A DNA stretch of 64,000 bases from Nitrosopumilaceae archaeon (GCA_965203465.1 CBDBCR010000001.1:800001-864000), one strand, 5' to 3'. Shown: positions 38,878-49,332, counted from the first letter of the stretch. Notes: generated from the letters alone by a model not told the origin. Made by a program: numbers and translations.

Positions 38878-39411
38878 ATGAAGGCCGAGCTGGTCGAGAA
38901 CCGCCTGGTGGTCTGGAGCAGGCGCGATTCGCGGCGGCTCTTTTCGGACGGCTACTACGGCAAGCCGGTCGGCGTGCCAAAACCCAAGCCGGGCCAGATA
39001 GACGTGCCGCTCATACTGGATCTGATGGAGGGGCTGTACCTGCTGGAAGCGGGCCGCCTCGAGGTGCACCGGGGCGGCAAAAAGGTGGGGCCGGCGGCGA
39101 TGCGGCGCGCCTGCGAGCGCGAGTACCGCGGCTTCGAGGGCAAGTACCGGGTGTACGGCGAGTTCCGCGACAGGGGGTACGTGGTGAGCCCGGGCATAAA
39201 GTTCGGCTGCGACTTTGCCGTCTACGAGCGCGGGCCCGGCATAGACCACGCGCCGTACCTGGTCGAGGTGTACGATCCGCGCCAGACGCTGACTAGCACC
39301 GGCGTGATACTGGCGGGCCGGCTCGCATCCACCGTAAAGAAGCAGTTCATACTGGCCGTGCCGCGCGCCGGGGGCGTCGAGTTCGTGGCGCTAGACTGGT
39401 GGCGGGCCTAG
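38878..39411 (+). CDS. endA: tRNA-splicing endonuclease catalytic subunit
   Basis: GIKFGCDFAVY..GP..DHA...K catalytic Y/H/K residues. Confidence 0.92.
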   Translation: MKAELVENRLVVWSRRDSRRLFSDGYYGKPVGVPKPKPGQIDVPLILDLMEGLYLLEAGRLEVHRGGKKVGPAAMRRACEREYRGFEGKYRVYGEFRDRGYVVSPGIKFGCDFAVYERGPGIDHAPYLVEVYDPRQTLTSTGVILAGRLASTVKKQFILAVPRAGGVEFVALDWWRA

Positions 39412-39780
39412 CGACTTTACGTGGCCGGCTATGCGGTCGTAGACCTCGAAGGCCTCCTTGGTTATGCCCAGTTCGCGGCGGTTCTGCCACTTGCCGTGTA
39501 TGCGCACCGCGTTGCCCGTCGGCTCGACGGTTATCGAGGCGTGCGGCAGGGGCAGCTTTTCTATCATGGACGTCAGCTGGGAGTCGGCCGAGAGGGCCTC
39601 GGCGAGCCTGCCGCCCTCCCATTGCGCGGAGACTATCCTTTTGGCGCCGAAGCGGCCGCTGGTGCGCAGCCGCACGCGCGCGTAGTGGCCGTGGTCCGAT
39701 TCCGTCCTGACGATGTAGTGGGCCTGGTACCTGTCCAGCGCGCCCCAGTGCGACGGCTCCTGCTCCTGCACGCCCATCAC
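39391..39780 (-). CDS. Hypothetical protein, probably conserved
   Basis: Translationally coupled to the upstream ORF; host-like codon use. Confidence 0.65.
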   Translation of the reverse strand: MMGVQEQEPSHWGALDRYQAHYIVRTESDHGHYARVRLRTSGRFGAKRIVSAQWEGGRLAEALSADSQLTSMIEKLPLPHASITVEPTGNAVRIHGKWQNRRELGITKEAFEVYDRIAGHVKSLGPPPV

Positions 39781-40013
39781 CCCTTTTGCACGATGTGCAC
39801 CAAGTCTATGTTGGCGCCCGAGACCTCCACGCAGCCCCTGTTGGTTATCATGCGAGGCGAGCTGGCCTGGTACCTGCTGTAGTAGTCGGTCTTTTCCACC
39901 TCGTCGGAGCCGGCCTCCTTGGCCGAGGCCCGCACGCCTATGGTGCCGAGCATCTCTGCGTATTCCTCTTGGAGCGTGAGGGGCTCGAATGTGTCGGGCT
40001 CGTCGTCGTGCAC
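39777..40013 (-). CDS. Hypothetical protein, probably conserved
   Basis: GTG 40013 after TTTATTT. ITNRGCVEVSGANIDLVHIVQKG. Confidence 0.6.
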   Translation of the reverse strand: MHDDEPDTFEPLTLQEEYAEMLGTIGVRASAKEAGSDEVEKTDYYSRYQASSPRMITNRGCVEVSGANIDLVHIVQKG

Positions 40014-40083
40014 GGGCGGCGGCCCCGGCCCCCTCAAATAAACCTCCCGCGGGAATTTATACGGCCGCCGCCGGGGGGAGGAC

Positions 40084-40206
40084 GTGTGGTCGCGATCCAA
40101 CCTGCTGGTGATACTGCCCCTGGCAGCCTTCGGGGCCCTGATATTCGGCTTCGGCATATACAACACGGTGTGCAAGAACTCGAGCCTCTGGGTGCTGGAC
40201 TGCTAG
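40084..40206 (+). CDS. Small single-TM protein (40 aa, not in the ORF track)
   Basis: TTTATA box, then GTG. MWSRSNLLVILPLAAFGALIFGFGIYNTVCKNSSLWVLDC. Confidence 0.6.
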   Translation: MWSRSNLLVILPLAAFGALIFGFGIYNTVCKNSSLWVLDC

Positions 40207-40235
40207 TTTAATAGCGGCCGGCGCGCCTGCCCGCC

Positions 40236-40562
40236 GTGGCCCGGATATCGCTGGAGTCGCGCGAGGCGCCCACCGACGAGCAGCTGCGCGAGCTGCGCGG
40301 GTACTTTGCCGGCATGCCGATGTCGGAGGTGCTCTCGGGCCTGCGGTTCGCCGAGCGGCGCTGGGCCGCCAAGGATTCGGGGACGCTGCGGGTGGGCCGC
40401 AAGAGCATCATACGCGGCGAGGTGCATTCGGTCACGCGCGAGCAGGCGCGCTGGCGGCTGGACAACTGGCCGCTGATGCGGGCCGAGTACAGGCGCCGGG
40501 GGTACAGCTACCCGACCATATCCAGGATAAAGCGGGCGCTGGCCGAGCTGCGCGACGGGTGA
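40236..40562 (+). CDS. Hypothetical protein, probably conserved
   Basis: TTTAATA box upstream. LRVGRKSII...EYRRRGYSYPTISRIK. Confidence 0.7.
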   Translation: MARISLESREAPTDEQLRELRGYFAGMPMSEVLSGLRFAERRWAAKDSGTLRVGRKSIIRGEVHSVTREQARWRLDNWPLMRAEYRRRGYSYPTISRIKRALAELRDG

Positions 40563-40593
40563 GGTTAAATTACGAGCGGGCGAGGCCCCGCGC

Positions 40594-41202
40594 GTGGACG
40601 TCTTCGAGGCGGTCTCGGGCAGGAGGTCTGTCAAAAAGTTCGACCCGTCGTTTCCGGTCACCGCCGAGCAGAAAGACAAGCTGATGGAGATGGCCCTGCT
40701 CTCGCCGACCAGCTACAACCAGCAGAACTGGCGGTTCGTCACGGTGACCGGCACCGAAAAGAGGGCGATGCTGAGCGAGGCCTCGTACGGGCAGCGGCAG
40801 CCGCGCGACGCGCCGCTCGTGGTGGTGCTGGCAGCCGACCTGCTCGCCTGGAAGCGCGGGCCTGAAAGGTACTGGAGGAACCACGGGCCCGAAAGGCAGG
40901 CGGCCGTGGCAGAGGCGCTGCGCGGCGAGCACGCATCGAACCCGCTGGCCGCGCGGGAGGAGGCGTTCCGCTCGTGCGGCATCGCGGCCCAGACGATAAT
41001 GCTGTCGGCAAAGCAGATGGGGCTCGATTCGTGCCCCATGAAGGGCTTCGAGCACGACCGCGTGGCGCGGATAGTGAACCTGCCGCCGGATCACATGGTG
41101 GTGATGATGGTCGCAGTCGGCAGGGCCGCCGGGCCGGCTCCGCCGCGCGGCGGGCAGCTGCCAAAGTCCGAGGTCGTCTTCGAGGAGGGCTTTGATGGAT
41201 GA
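40594..41202 (+). CDS. Nitroreductase family protein
   Basis: RRSVKKF, SPTSYNQQNWRF and GLDSCPMKGF. Confidence 0.9.
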   Translation: MDVFEAVSGRRSVKKFDPSFPVTAEQKDKLMEMALLSPTSYNQQNWRFVTVTGTEKRAMLSEASYGQRQPRDAPLVVVLAADLLAWKRGPERYWRNHGPERQAAVAEALRGEHASNPLAAREEAFRSCGIAAQTIMLSAKQMGLDSCPMKGFEHDRVARIVNLPPDHMVVMMVAVGRAAGPAPPRGGQLPKSEVVFEEGFDG

Positions 41203-41299
41203 GCCGTGGATCCGGCAGAACCGGCGCTTTGCAGCCGCCGTGGCGGTTGCCAGCCTCGCGTGCGCGTGCGCGCTAGGCGCGCTTTACCTGCTGAGGTGA
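41195..41299 (+). CDS. Small single-TM protein (34 aa)
   Basis: ATG overlaps the nitroreductase end. MDEPWIRQNRRFAAAVAVASLACACALGALYLLR. Confidence 0.45.
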   Translation: MDEPWIRQNRRFAAAVAVASLACACALGALYLLR

Positions 41300-41428
41300 G
41301 CTTTGCCCGATGCCCAGCGGACGGCGGAGCCTTGCGTCCGGCACTCCGTGGTTTGGGGCGCCGACAACTCAGCTAGGGGCCTGTGGCCCTAGAAAAATAT
41401 ATTATTGCCCCCCGAGAGATGACGGTAG

Positions 41429-41560
41429 ATGGGCAGGAGGTATAGGGAAAGCGGGTACGGCGGTTATAAACGGGCTACGAGAGACTATTACGAACACGAC
41501 TATGACGACGACGGGGACGAGTTCGACATAAACCGGGTCGGTTTGAGTTCGCATTCTTGA
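41429..41560 (+). CDS. Small Tyr-rich basic/acidic peptide (43 aa) preceding the protease
   Basis: AAAATATATTATT about 25 bp upstream. MGRRYRESGYGGYKRATRDYYEHDYDDDGDEFDINRVGLSSHS. Its stop is 1 bp before the protease start. Confidence 0.5.
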   Translation: MGRRYRESGYGGYKRATRDYYEHDYDDDGDEFDINRVGLSSHS

Positions 41561-41561
41561 C

Positions 41562-42486
41562 TTGCCCAGTTTCCGTGAAATCCAAAAGGAGATAGAGGGC
41601 AAAGATCCCGAGACACCGTACGATGTGGTCAGAAGAAAATACCTCGGGAGACTATCCGAAAAGACGGAGAAACACAATACTGTACTATTCGGGATGGTTG
41701 CAAAAACCAAAAAACGTCGGCACTCTGATGTCTATCAACGACGACGACAAAAACGGATTCATGAGTGTTGTCCACGGACTGGATGCTTCAAAAGGGCTTG
41801 ACCTAATACTGCACACTCCGGGTGGTGACATTGCGGCTACCGAATCGCTGGTTGATTATCTGCGCCAAAAGTTTGGCGAAGACGTGAGGGCGATCGTGCC
41901 ACAACTGGCGATGTCGGGAGGGACGATCATGGCATGCGCGTGCAGGGAAACCGTCATGGGAAAGCAGTCGAGTCTGGGGCCCATCGATCCGCAGATAAGC
42001 GGCCTGCCAGCATCGGGGATCGTGTCCGAGTTTCGCAATGCGCATGAGGAGATCAAGGAGGACAAGGACAAGATCAACGTGTGGGGTCCCGTAATCTCCA
42101 GATACTACCCGTCCCTGATCGACAGCTGCAAAAAAGCAATACAATGGTCAGAGGATCTTGCAGGAAACTATTTGTTGGACTCGATGTTTCGCGACGAATT
42201 GCAGCAGGACGCCAGAAACACAGGAAAACGCATCGAAAAAATAATAAAACTCTTGACCGATCAGGACATAACAAAGTCACACAACCGGCACATCTCGACG
42301 CCTGTATGCATAGAAGCTGGACTGAAAATAACCCAAATGGAAGAAGATCAAGAGCTGCAAGACATCATTCTTTCTGTCCACCACGCGTCCGCGCTCACCA
42401 TCGCAAACACGACCGCCGTCAAAATAACGGAAAACCAGAATGGAAAGTCGTACGTTACAAAATACTTTGCTGAGCCAAGAGGCTAA
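41562..42486 (+). pseudogene. SDH/S49-type Clp-fold serine protease with a 1-bp frameshift near 41665
   Basis: YDVVRRKYL..LSEKT then RNTILYYSGWLQK in the next frame. LHTPGG, AMSGGT, SLGPIDPQ and SH.RH. Lower GC than flanks. Confidence 0.8.
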
Positions 42487-42721
42487 AACGCGTCCGCAGG
42501 ATCCGACCGCGCGCCCCCGGCCGGCCCTTGAACCAGCCGCCGGTCTCGGCCTGTCCTGTCCCGCCGCGCACCATCCTGCATGCAGTGCAAGGTCGGATCT
42601 CCCGCGGCTTGCGTTCCGGGCGGACGGACTGCGAGACACGAATCCGCGTCCGGGGAGCGGCAGGCGCCCGGACGTCCCGGCCGGTTAGGCTTTTATTTGG
42701 ACTGCGGGGGCCGCGCCCCGA

Positions 42722-43354
42722 TTGTCATCGCTCGACGTGGTTAGCAGGGACGGCAACGTCATGTCCGTCAGGCTAAAGGGCGTGCCCCTCCAGTACGCCA
42801 ACGCGATACGGCGCATCTGCCTAAACGGCGTGCCCGTCTTTGCGGTCGACACGGTGGACATCATCGAAAACACCTCGGTGCTGGCAGACGAGGGGCTGGC
42901 CCACCGCCTGGGCTTGGTGCCGCTGCGCACCGACTTGGAGCGCTACGCGGAGCCCTCGAAATGCTCGTGCGGCACGCAGGAGGGCTGCTCCAACTGCCGC
43001 GTCCGGTTCGTGCTGGATTCGGGGGACACCGAGCAGACGCGCACCGTGCTTTCCGGCGAGATAAAGTCCGAGGATCCCGACATCGTGCCCATATCTGCCG
43101 ACGTGCCGATAATAGATCTGGCCCCCGGCCAGAAGGTAAAGGCCGAGGCGTACGCCCGGCTGGGGCGCGGCTCTGACCACGCAAAGTGGAACTCTGCCAA
43201 CGTGGCCACCCTGACTGACGGCAAGGGGGAAGAAAAGATACTGACCGTCGAGACCACCGGCGCGCTCGACCCCGAGGGCCTCGTACAGGCGGCCGTCGAC
43301 GAGCTTGCCTCCCGGCTGGCCGTCCTAAAGACGGCCGTGGCCGAGGCGAGCTGA
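42722..43354 (+). CDS. rpoD: DNA-directed RNA polymerase subunit D (Rpo3)
   Basis: NAIRR, AHRLGLVP, Cys cluster and HAKW. Confidence 0.95.
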   Translation: MSSLDVVSRDGNVMSVRLKGVPLQYANAIRRICLNGVPVFAVDTVDIIENTSVLADEGLAHRLGLVPLRTDLERYAEPSKCSCGTQEGCSNCRVRFVLDSGDTEQTRTVLSGEIKSEDPDIVPISADVPIIDLAPGQKVKAEAYARLGRGSDHAKWNSANVATLTDGKGEEKILTVETTGALDPEGLVQAAVDELASRLAVLKTAVAEAS

Positions 43355-43401
43355 GGCGCGCTTCGCAGGTGTTATATTTGGGGCGCCGGGGCGCGCGGCC
43401 T

Positions 43402-43746
43402 ATGAACCCGGTCACCGAGCGCTTGGCGCGCCAGCTTCACAGGGACGCCGGCGCCTGCGAGGCGCCCATATGGGAGCGCCTCTCGAGGGAGGCGCTAAAG
43501 CCCGGCTCGGCGCGCAGGACTGTCAACGTAAAGAAACTGAGCCAGCTTACCAGCAGCGGCCAGACCGTCGCGGTGCCGGGCAAGGTGCTTGGCACCGGCA
43601 CCATATCGCACCCGATCAGCGTCTTTTCGTTTTCCATGTCGGAGCCGGCCGCCAGAAAGATAGCCGGGGCGGGGGGGCGCGTGCTCTCGCGCGCGGAACT
43701 GGTAAAGGCCAGCCCGTCGGGCAAGGGGGTCCTGCTGGTTGGCTGA
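43402..43746 (+). CDS. rpl18e: 50S ribosomal protein L18e
   Basis: VNV..L...VPGKVLGTG; gene order after rpoD. Confidence 0.92.
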   Translation: MNPVTERLARQLHRDAGACEAPIWERLSREALKPGSARRTVNVKKLSQLTSSGQTVAVPGKVLGTGTISHPISVFSFSMSEPAARKIAGAGGRVLSRAELVKASPSGKGVLLVG

Positions 43747-44317
43747 GAGCCCGGCCGCCTCGTACGACCCCGAAAGGGTGGCGCGCGCCCTGTTGCGCGC
43801 CATCAGGGGCTTGGCCGGCGCAAAGCAGCCCGACGCGCCGGGCGCAGAGCCGGCCGCGCCCGCGCGCAAGGAGGCGCCCAAAAGGCCGCCCGTAGTGCAC
43901 ACCGTCATAGACGGCGACGGCCACGTGGCCGGCCGGCTGGCCTCCAACGTGGCAAAGATGCTGCTCCAAGGCAGGCGCGTCTCGGTGGTGAACTGCGAAA
44001 AGGTGATGATCAGCGGCACGCGCTCCAACATAGTCAAAGAGTACCGCGAGTTCCTCGAGATATCTAGCATACTTCACCCAAAGCACGGCCCCTTCCACCC
44101 GCGCAGGCCCGACACCATCCTTGCCCGCATGATCCGCGGCATGCTGCCCCGCTCCAAGCCGTCGGGCAAGGCGGCCCTTTCGCGCCTGCGCACGTACGTG
44201 GGCACCCCGCGCGGCCTCGGCTCAAAGATCCGCATCGAAAAGGCGCTCATACGCAGGTCCGCCTCGGGCTACACGACGATGGCCGACCTTGGCAGGACGG
44301 TGGGGTGGACCGAATGA
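43739..44317 (+). CDS. rpl13: 50S ribosomal protein L13 with an N-terminal extension
   Basis: GRLASNVAK, GPFHPRRPD and IRGMLP. Confidence 0.92.
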   Translation: MAESPAASYDPERVARALLRAIRGLAGAKQPDAPGAEPAAPARKEAPKRPPVVHTVIDGDGHVAGRLASNVAKMLLQGRRVSVVNCEKVMISGTRSNIVKEYREFLEISSILHPKHGPFHPRRPDTILARMIRGMLPRSKPSGKAALSRLRTYVGTPRGLGSKIRIEKALIRRSASGYTTMADLGRTVGWTE

Positions 44318-44760
44318 CGACAAAGACGCAGATCTACTTTGCCACGCGCAAGACGGCTAGCGCGCACGTGTACATCACGCGCGGCAAGGGGCGCGTGCGC
44401 GTCAACAACGTGCCCGTCGAGATGATACCGCAGGAGCACGCGCGCGCCACCATAATGATGCCGCTGGAGATAGCCGGCGAGGCCCGCTCCAAAGTCGACA
44501 TATCGGTGCGCGTGCGCGGCGGCGGGTTCATGGGGCAGGCAGGCGCGGCGGCGACGGCCATCTCGCGCGCGCTGGTCGGCTGGACAAAGTCAAAGGGCGA
44601 GCCGCGCGACCACCCGCTCACCAAGACCGCCCGCGCCGACCTGCGCAAGCGCATATCTGACTTCGACAAGTACCTGATCAGCGGCGATGCGCGCCGCAAG
44701 GAGCCCAAAAAGTTCGGCGGTCCGGGCGCGCGGCGGCGGCGCCAAAAGTCGTACCGTTGA
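44314..44760 (+). CDS. rps9: 30S ribosomal protein S9
   Basis: RKTA, GGG..GQA and EPKKFGGPGARRRRQKSYR. Confidence 0.95.
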   Translation: MTTKTQIYFATRKTASAHVYITRGKGRVRVNNVPVEMIPQEHARATIMMPLEIAGEARSKVDISVRVRGGGFMGQAGAAATAISRALVGWTKSKGEPRDHPLTKTARADLRKRISDFDKYLISGDARRKEPKKFGGPGARRRRQKSYR

Positions 44761-45524
44761 AGGCCGTCGTCCTCGCCGGCGGGCGGGGCTCGCGGGGCAG
44801 GCCGTACACGGAGTACATCCCAAAGGCAATGTTCCCGGCCGGCGGCGCGCCGCTGGTCAGCCACGTGGTCGGCCACCTGCTCTCGTACCCGTTCGTCGAG
44901 GAGGCAGTCGTGGTGGCCGACTTTGCCGGGCTCGGCTCGCAGATACGCCTCTACATGGAGGGCTCGTTCGGGGGGCGCGTCCGGTTCGCGCAGGATTCGC
45001 AGCGCGGCACCGGCGGCGACCTGCTCTGCGCCGCGCCGCGCCTGCGCGGCACCGGCCCGTTCGCGCTGTGGTTCGTAGACAACCTGTGCGCGCTCGACCT
45101 GGAGGCCATGCGGGATTCGTTCGAATCGTCTGGCAGGCCAGCCTGCGTGGCGGTGCGCTCGCAGAGGCGGGAGGAGACCGGCTTTGCGCGCGTGAGCGGG
45201 GGGCTCGTCGAGCGGTTCTACGAAAAGCCGGTGCTCGATCTGCCCCTCTCCGAGTGCCTCGGCGTGTACATGCTGGACGGCAAGGTGCTCTCGAGGCTGC
45301 GCGCGTGCGGGCCCGGCCAGGTCAACCTGTCCTACGACGTGCTGCAGCCGATGGCCGCCGAGGGCAAGCTCGCAGCGTACGACATCGGCAGGTCGGGGTG
45401 GCTCGACGTGGAGTCGCCTGCGGTGCTCGAGCGCAACGCGGCGTACGCCAGGCGCATCATCTCACGGATGGGACGGGGCGGGATCTCTCGTAGGCGGCGA
45501 TCTCGGCCTCGAGCTCGAGCGTGA
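44757..45524 (+). CDS. Sugar-phosphate nucleotidyltransferase
   Basis: VLAGGRGSR.RP.T..PK and FYEKP. Confidence 0.85.
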   Translation: MKAVVLAGGRGSRGRPYTEYIPKAMFPAGGAPLVSHVVGHLLSYPFVEEAVVVADFAGLGSQIRLYMEGSFGGRVRFAQDSQRGTGGDLLCAAPRLRGTGPFALWFVDNLCALDLEAMRDSFESSGRPACVAVRSQRREETGFARVSGGLVERFYEKPVLDLPLSECLGVYMLDGKVLSRLRACGPGQVNLSYDVLQPMAAEGKLAAYDIGRSGWLDVESPAVLERNAAYARRIISRMGRGGISRRRRSRPRARA

Positions 45525-46041
45525 GGTCTATCTCGTCGAGCCCCTCGAGCAGCATGCGGCGGCCGTGCGCGTCGGCCTCGAACCGGTGCTCTTTTCCGCC
45601 GAACTCGACCGTCTGGCGCGCCAGCGAGACGCGCGCCCTGCCGCCGACCGATATCATCGCCTCGGCCGCGCCGCGCTCCACTCTGGCAGGCAGCAGGCCG
45701 TTCTTGTAGCAGTTGGAGGCGAAAATGTCTGCAAACGAGGGGGCCACCACCACGTCGAAGCCGTAGTCTTTCAGGGCCCAGACGGCGTGCTCCCTCGACG
45801 AGCCGCACCCAAAGTTGTCCATGGCCACCAGTATCCTGGAGCCGCGGTAGCGCGGATCGTTGAGCACGAACGAGGGGTCCTCGGAGCCGCCGGGGCCGTA
45901 CCTCCATCCGTGGAACAGGTGCTCCCCGAAGCCGGTCCTCTTTACCAGTTTGAGGAACTGCTTGGGGACTATCTGGTCGGTGTCTACGTTGGGGCGCGCA
46001 AGCGGGGCGATCTCCGATTCCACGTCCTGGAACTTTTTCAC
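45457..46041 (-). CDS. leuD: 3-isopropylmalate dehydratase small subunit (bacterial type)
   Basis: [14 protein letters not shown] and [11 protein letters not shown]. Confidence 0.92.
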   Translation of the reverse strand: MKKFQDVESEIAPLARPNVDTDQIVPKQFLKLVKRTGFGEHLFHGWRYGPGGSEDPSFVLNDPRYRGSRILVAMDNFGCGSSREHAVWALKDYGFDVVVAPSFADIFASNCYKNGLLPARVERGAAEAMISVGGRARVSLARQTVEFGGKEHRFEADAHGRRMLLEGLDEIDLTLELEAEIAAYERSRPVPSVR

Positions 46042-47444
46042 ACCCACTCCCTCACGTCCACGAACCTGCCGGCCACCGCGGCGGCCGCGGCCATGACGGG
46101 GCTGACCAGGTGCGTGCGGCCGCCGGCCCCCTGCCTGCCCTCGAAGTTGCGGTTGGACGTGCTCGCGCACCTCTGGCCGGATCCGAGCACGTCGGGGTTC
46201 ATGCCGAGGCACATGCTGCAGCCCGATTCGCGCCACTCGAAGCCGGCCTCGGAGAATATCCTGTCCAGGCCCATCTTTTCGGCAGCGCGCTTTACGGCCT
46301 GCGATCCGGGCACCACCATGGCCCTCAGGCGCGCGCTGGCCCGCCTGCCCTTTATGACCATGGCCGCGTCTGCCAGGTCCTCTAGCCTGGCGTTGGTGCA
46401 CGAGCCTATGAAGACCCTGTCGAGCCTTATGTCGGTGATGTGGGTGCCCGGCTCCAGCCCCATGTACTCCAGCGCCTTCCTTGCGCCCGATGCCCTCGAC
46501 TGGTCGCCGCCGGCGAACTCGTCGGGCTCGGGCACCGCCTCGGTCACGTCGCACGTCATGGCCGGGTTGGTGCCCCAGCTGACCTGCGGGGCTATGCTGC
46601 CCGCGTCGGCAGAGTACTTTCTGTCGAACCGGGCGTCGGCGTCGCTGCGCAGCTCTTTCCACCCCTCGACCATCTTTTCGTAGCCGGGCGGCGTGAACCG
46701 CCTGCCGCGCAGATACCCGAAGGTCTTTTCGTCGGGCGCCACCAGGCCCGCGCGCGCGCCCCCCTCGATGGACATGTTGCAGACGGTCATGCGCTGCTCG
46801 CACGAGAGGGCCTCTACGGCCTCGCCCCTGTACTCTATGACCGCGCCGGCGCCGCCGTCGGTGCCTATCCGGCGTATCACGTACAGTATCATGTCCTTTG
46901 AAGTGACGGCGAACGGATCGCGCCTGGACCCGTCGATGCGCACCTCGAAGGTTTCGGGCCTGCCCATCCACAGCGTCTGCGAGGCGAGCACGTGCTCGAC
47001 CTCGCTGGTGCCTATGCCGAAGGCGAGCGCGCCGAACGCGCCGTGCGTGGAGGTGTGGCTGTCCCCGCACACTATCGTCGAGCCGGGCAGGGTGATGCCC
47101 AGCTGCGGGCCTATCACGTGGACTATGCCCTGATCGGGGCTGTCCATCCCGAACAGCCGTATGCCGAACCTGCGGCAGTTCTCCTCCAGCGCGCGCACCT
47201 GCTCGGCGGACGTCTCGTCGAGCATCGGGAGCGACCTGTCCGATGTAGGCACGTTGTGGTCGACGGTGGCCACCGTCAGGTCGGGGCGGCGCACCGGCCG
47301 GCCCGAGGCGCGCAGGCCCTCGAAGGCCTGCGGCGAGGTGACCTCGTGGACCAGGTGCCTGTCCACGTACAGGAGAGACTGCCCGTCGCCCGACGCGCGG
47401 ATCTCGTGGGCGTCCCAGATCTTGTCAAAGAGCGTCCTGCTCAC
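46038..47444 (-). CDS. leuC: 3-isopropylmalate dehydratase large subunit (bacterial type)
   Basis: [26 protein letters not shown] and NRNFEGRQG. Confidence 0.93.
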   Translation of the reverse strand: MSRTLFDKIWDAHEIRASGDGQSLLYVDRHLVHEVTSPQAFEGLRASGRPVRRPDLTVATVDHNVPTSDRSLPMLDETSAEQVRALEENCRRFGIRLFGMDSPDQGIVHVIGPQLGITLPGSTIVCGDSHTSTHGAFGALAFGIGTSEVEHVLASQTLWMGRPETFEVRIDGSRRDPFAVTSKDMILYVIRRIGTDGGAGAVIEYRGEAVEALSCEQRMTVCNMSIEGGARAGLVAPDEKTFGYLRGRRFTPPGYEKMVEGWKELRSDADARFDRKYSADAGSIAPQVSWGTNPAMTCDVTEAVPEPDEFAGGDQSRASGARKALEYMGLEPGTHITDIRLDRVFIGSCTNARLEDLADAAMVIKGRRASARLRAMVVPGSQAVKRAAEKMGLDRIFSEAGFEWRESGCSMCLGMNPDVLGSGQRCASTSNRNFEGRQGAGGRTHLVSPVMAAAAAVAGRFVDVREWV

Positions 47445-47913
47445 GGAAGCGGAACAGCCCGCCTGCGCAAATAATCTTTTCGACGATGTCCGGAAACGGC
47501 TCTATGGGGTACGAAGCGCCGGTGCCCTCGACCGCGACGGTCCCGGCCGCCGTGTCCAGCGATATCCTGTAGCCGTCGCCGATGCCGGCGTACGCCTCGG
47601 GGCCTATCTCGACGGGCAGCAGGAACGCGCCGTCGACGCAGTTGCGGTAGAATATGCGCGCGAACGAGAGCGCCAGCACCGCCTTTACGCCCGAGCGCGA
47701 CAGGGCTATGGGGGCGTGCTCCCTCGACGAGCCGCACCCGAAGTTCTTTCCGGCCAGCACAAAGTCGGCCTTTTTGGCGGCAAAGCCCGGATCGAGGCCC
47801 TCCATGGCGTGCCTGGCAAGCTCGTCGTAGTCGTGTATCTTTAGGTACTGCCCCGGTATGATCACGTCCGTGTCGATGTTGTCCCTGCCGTACTTGGCCA
47901 CGGTGCCGTTCAA
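47425..47913 (-). CDS. Homoaconitase/IPM-isomerase small subunit (archaeal type)
   Basis: [14 protein letters not shown] and [12 protein letters not shown]. Confidence 0.85.
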   Translation of the reverse strand: MNGTVAKYGRDNIDTDVIIPGQYLKIHDYDELARHAMEGLDPGFAAKKADFVLAGKNFGCGSSREHAPIALSRSGVKAVLALSFARIFYRNCVDGAFLLPVEIGPEAYAGIGDGYRISLDTAAGTVAVEGTGASYPIEPFPDIVEKIICAGGLFRFREQDAL

Positions 47914-49181
47914 CGCAGATCCCTCGGATCGGTTATCCTGCCGGCGACGGCCGAGGCTGCCGCGACCATCGGCGAGGCCAGGTACGTGCGCGATTCGACG
48001 TGGCCCATCCTGCCCGGAAAGTTGCGGTTGGTGGTGCTCACGCAGACCTCGCCCTTTGAGAGCACGCCCATGTGGGCCCCGCAGCAGGCCCCGCAGGTGG
48101 GCGGGCCCACCGTGGCGCCCGCGTCGGTGAATATCTTGACCAGGCCCTTCTCGAGGGCCCTCTTGTATATGGATATGGCCGCCGGTAGCACCTCGGTGCG
48201 CACCCTGACCTCGCGGCCCTTCAGCACGCGCGCGGCGGCCTCCAGATCCTCCATCTTGGCGCCGGTGCACGAGCCGATGTACGCCTTGTCCAGCTCGACG
48301 GTCCCGGCCTCGCGCACGGGCACCACGTTGGACGGCGAGAACGGCTCTGCCACGCACGGCTCGACCGACGATCCGTCGTACTCTATCACCTGCGAGTACT
48401 CGGCGCCCGCGTCGCCCGAGACCGCCCCGAACGGCCCCGCGCCGCGCTCCTCGAGGTACCTGAACACCTTGGCGTCGGGCTCTATGATGCCGTTCTTGGC
48501 GCCGGCCTCGGTGGTCATGTTGGTCAGCGTCAGCCTGCCCTCTACGGACATGGCGTCTATGGCGGGCCCGCCAAACTGCATCGCCTTGTAGGCGGCCCCG
48601 TCGGTGCCGATGTCGCCGATTATGCGCAGTATCAGATCCTTGGCCATGGAGTGATCGGGCAGGCTCCCCTCCACCCTCACGTAGAGCGTCTCGGGCACCT
48701 TGAACCAGATGCGGCCTTTCAGCATGACGTAGGCCACGTCGGTGTGGCCCAGGCCGCAGGCGAACGCGCCGAGCGCGCCGGTGGTGTTGGTGTGCGAATC
48801 GCCGCCGACGTAGACCTGGCCGGGCAGCACCATGGCCTCCTCGTGGGAGAGCGTGTGGCATATGCCGTACTGGCCCATGCCGTACTTGAAGTGGCGCGCT
48901 ATGCCGTGCTCTTTTGCGAACTTGGACAGCTTTGCGACGTTCTCCGCCGAGATCTGATCCGCCGAGGGCACAAAGTGGTCCTCTGCTATCCACACCCTGG
49001 ACGGGTCGTGCAGCGCGCCCGTCTCGATGCCCTGCTCGCGCAGCTTTTCAAAGACCTTCATGACGCCGGGACCCGAGACGTCGTGGACCATGACCCTGTC
49101 CACGTCGGCGAACACCACATCGCCGGGGGCGACGCGCTCCCTGCCCGAGGCGCGCGCCAGTATCTTCTCGGTTATGTTCAA
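47910..49181 (-). CDS. Homoaconitase/IPM-isomerase large subunit (archaeal type)
   Basis: TEKILA, GICH, DSHT, GSCT, CGAC.G and NRNFPGRMG. Confidence 0.88.
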   Translation of the reverse strand: MNITEKILARASGRERVAPGDVVFADVDRVMVHDVSGPGVMKVFEKLREQGIETGALHDPSRVWIAEDHFVPSADQISAENVAKLSKFAKEHGIARHFKYGMGQYGICHTLSHEEAMVLPGQVYVGGDSHTNTTGALGAFACGLGHTDVAYVMLKGRIWFKVPETLYVRVEGSLPDHSMAKDLILRIIGDIGTDGAAYKAMQFGGPAIDAMSVEGRLTLTNMTTEAGAKNGIIEPDAKVFRYLEERGAGPFGAVSGDAGAEYSQVIEYDGSSVEPCVAEPFSPSNVVPVREAGTVELDKAYIGSCTGAKMEDLEAAARVLKGREVRVRTEVLPAAISIYKRALEKGLVKIFTDAGATVGPPTCGACCGAHMGVLSKGEVCVSTTNRNFPGRMGHVESRTYLASPMVAAASAVAGRITDPRDLR

Positions 49182-49332
49182 CGCCGGGGCGCGGGCGGGG
49201 CGGATTAAAGTACCTGTCGGACGGCGCCGGCGGCGGGACGCCGGATTTGCGTAGTGCCAAACCTGGCGCGCGGGCGCGGAAACGCGCCCGCCCTCAAAAA
49301 CCTTTAAAGCGGAACCCGGCGCGGCCGCCGCC

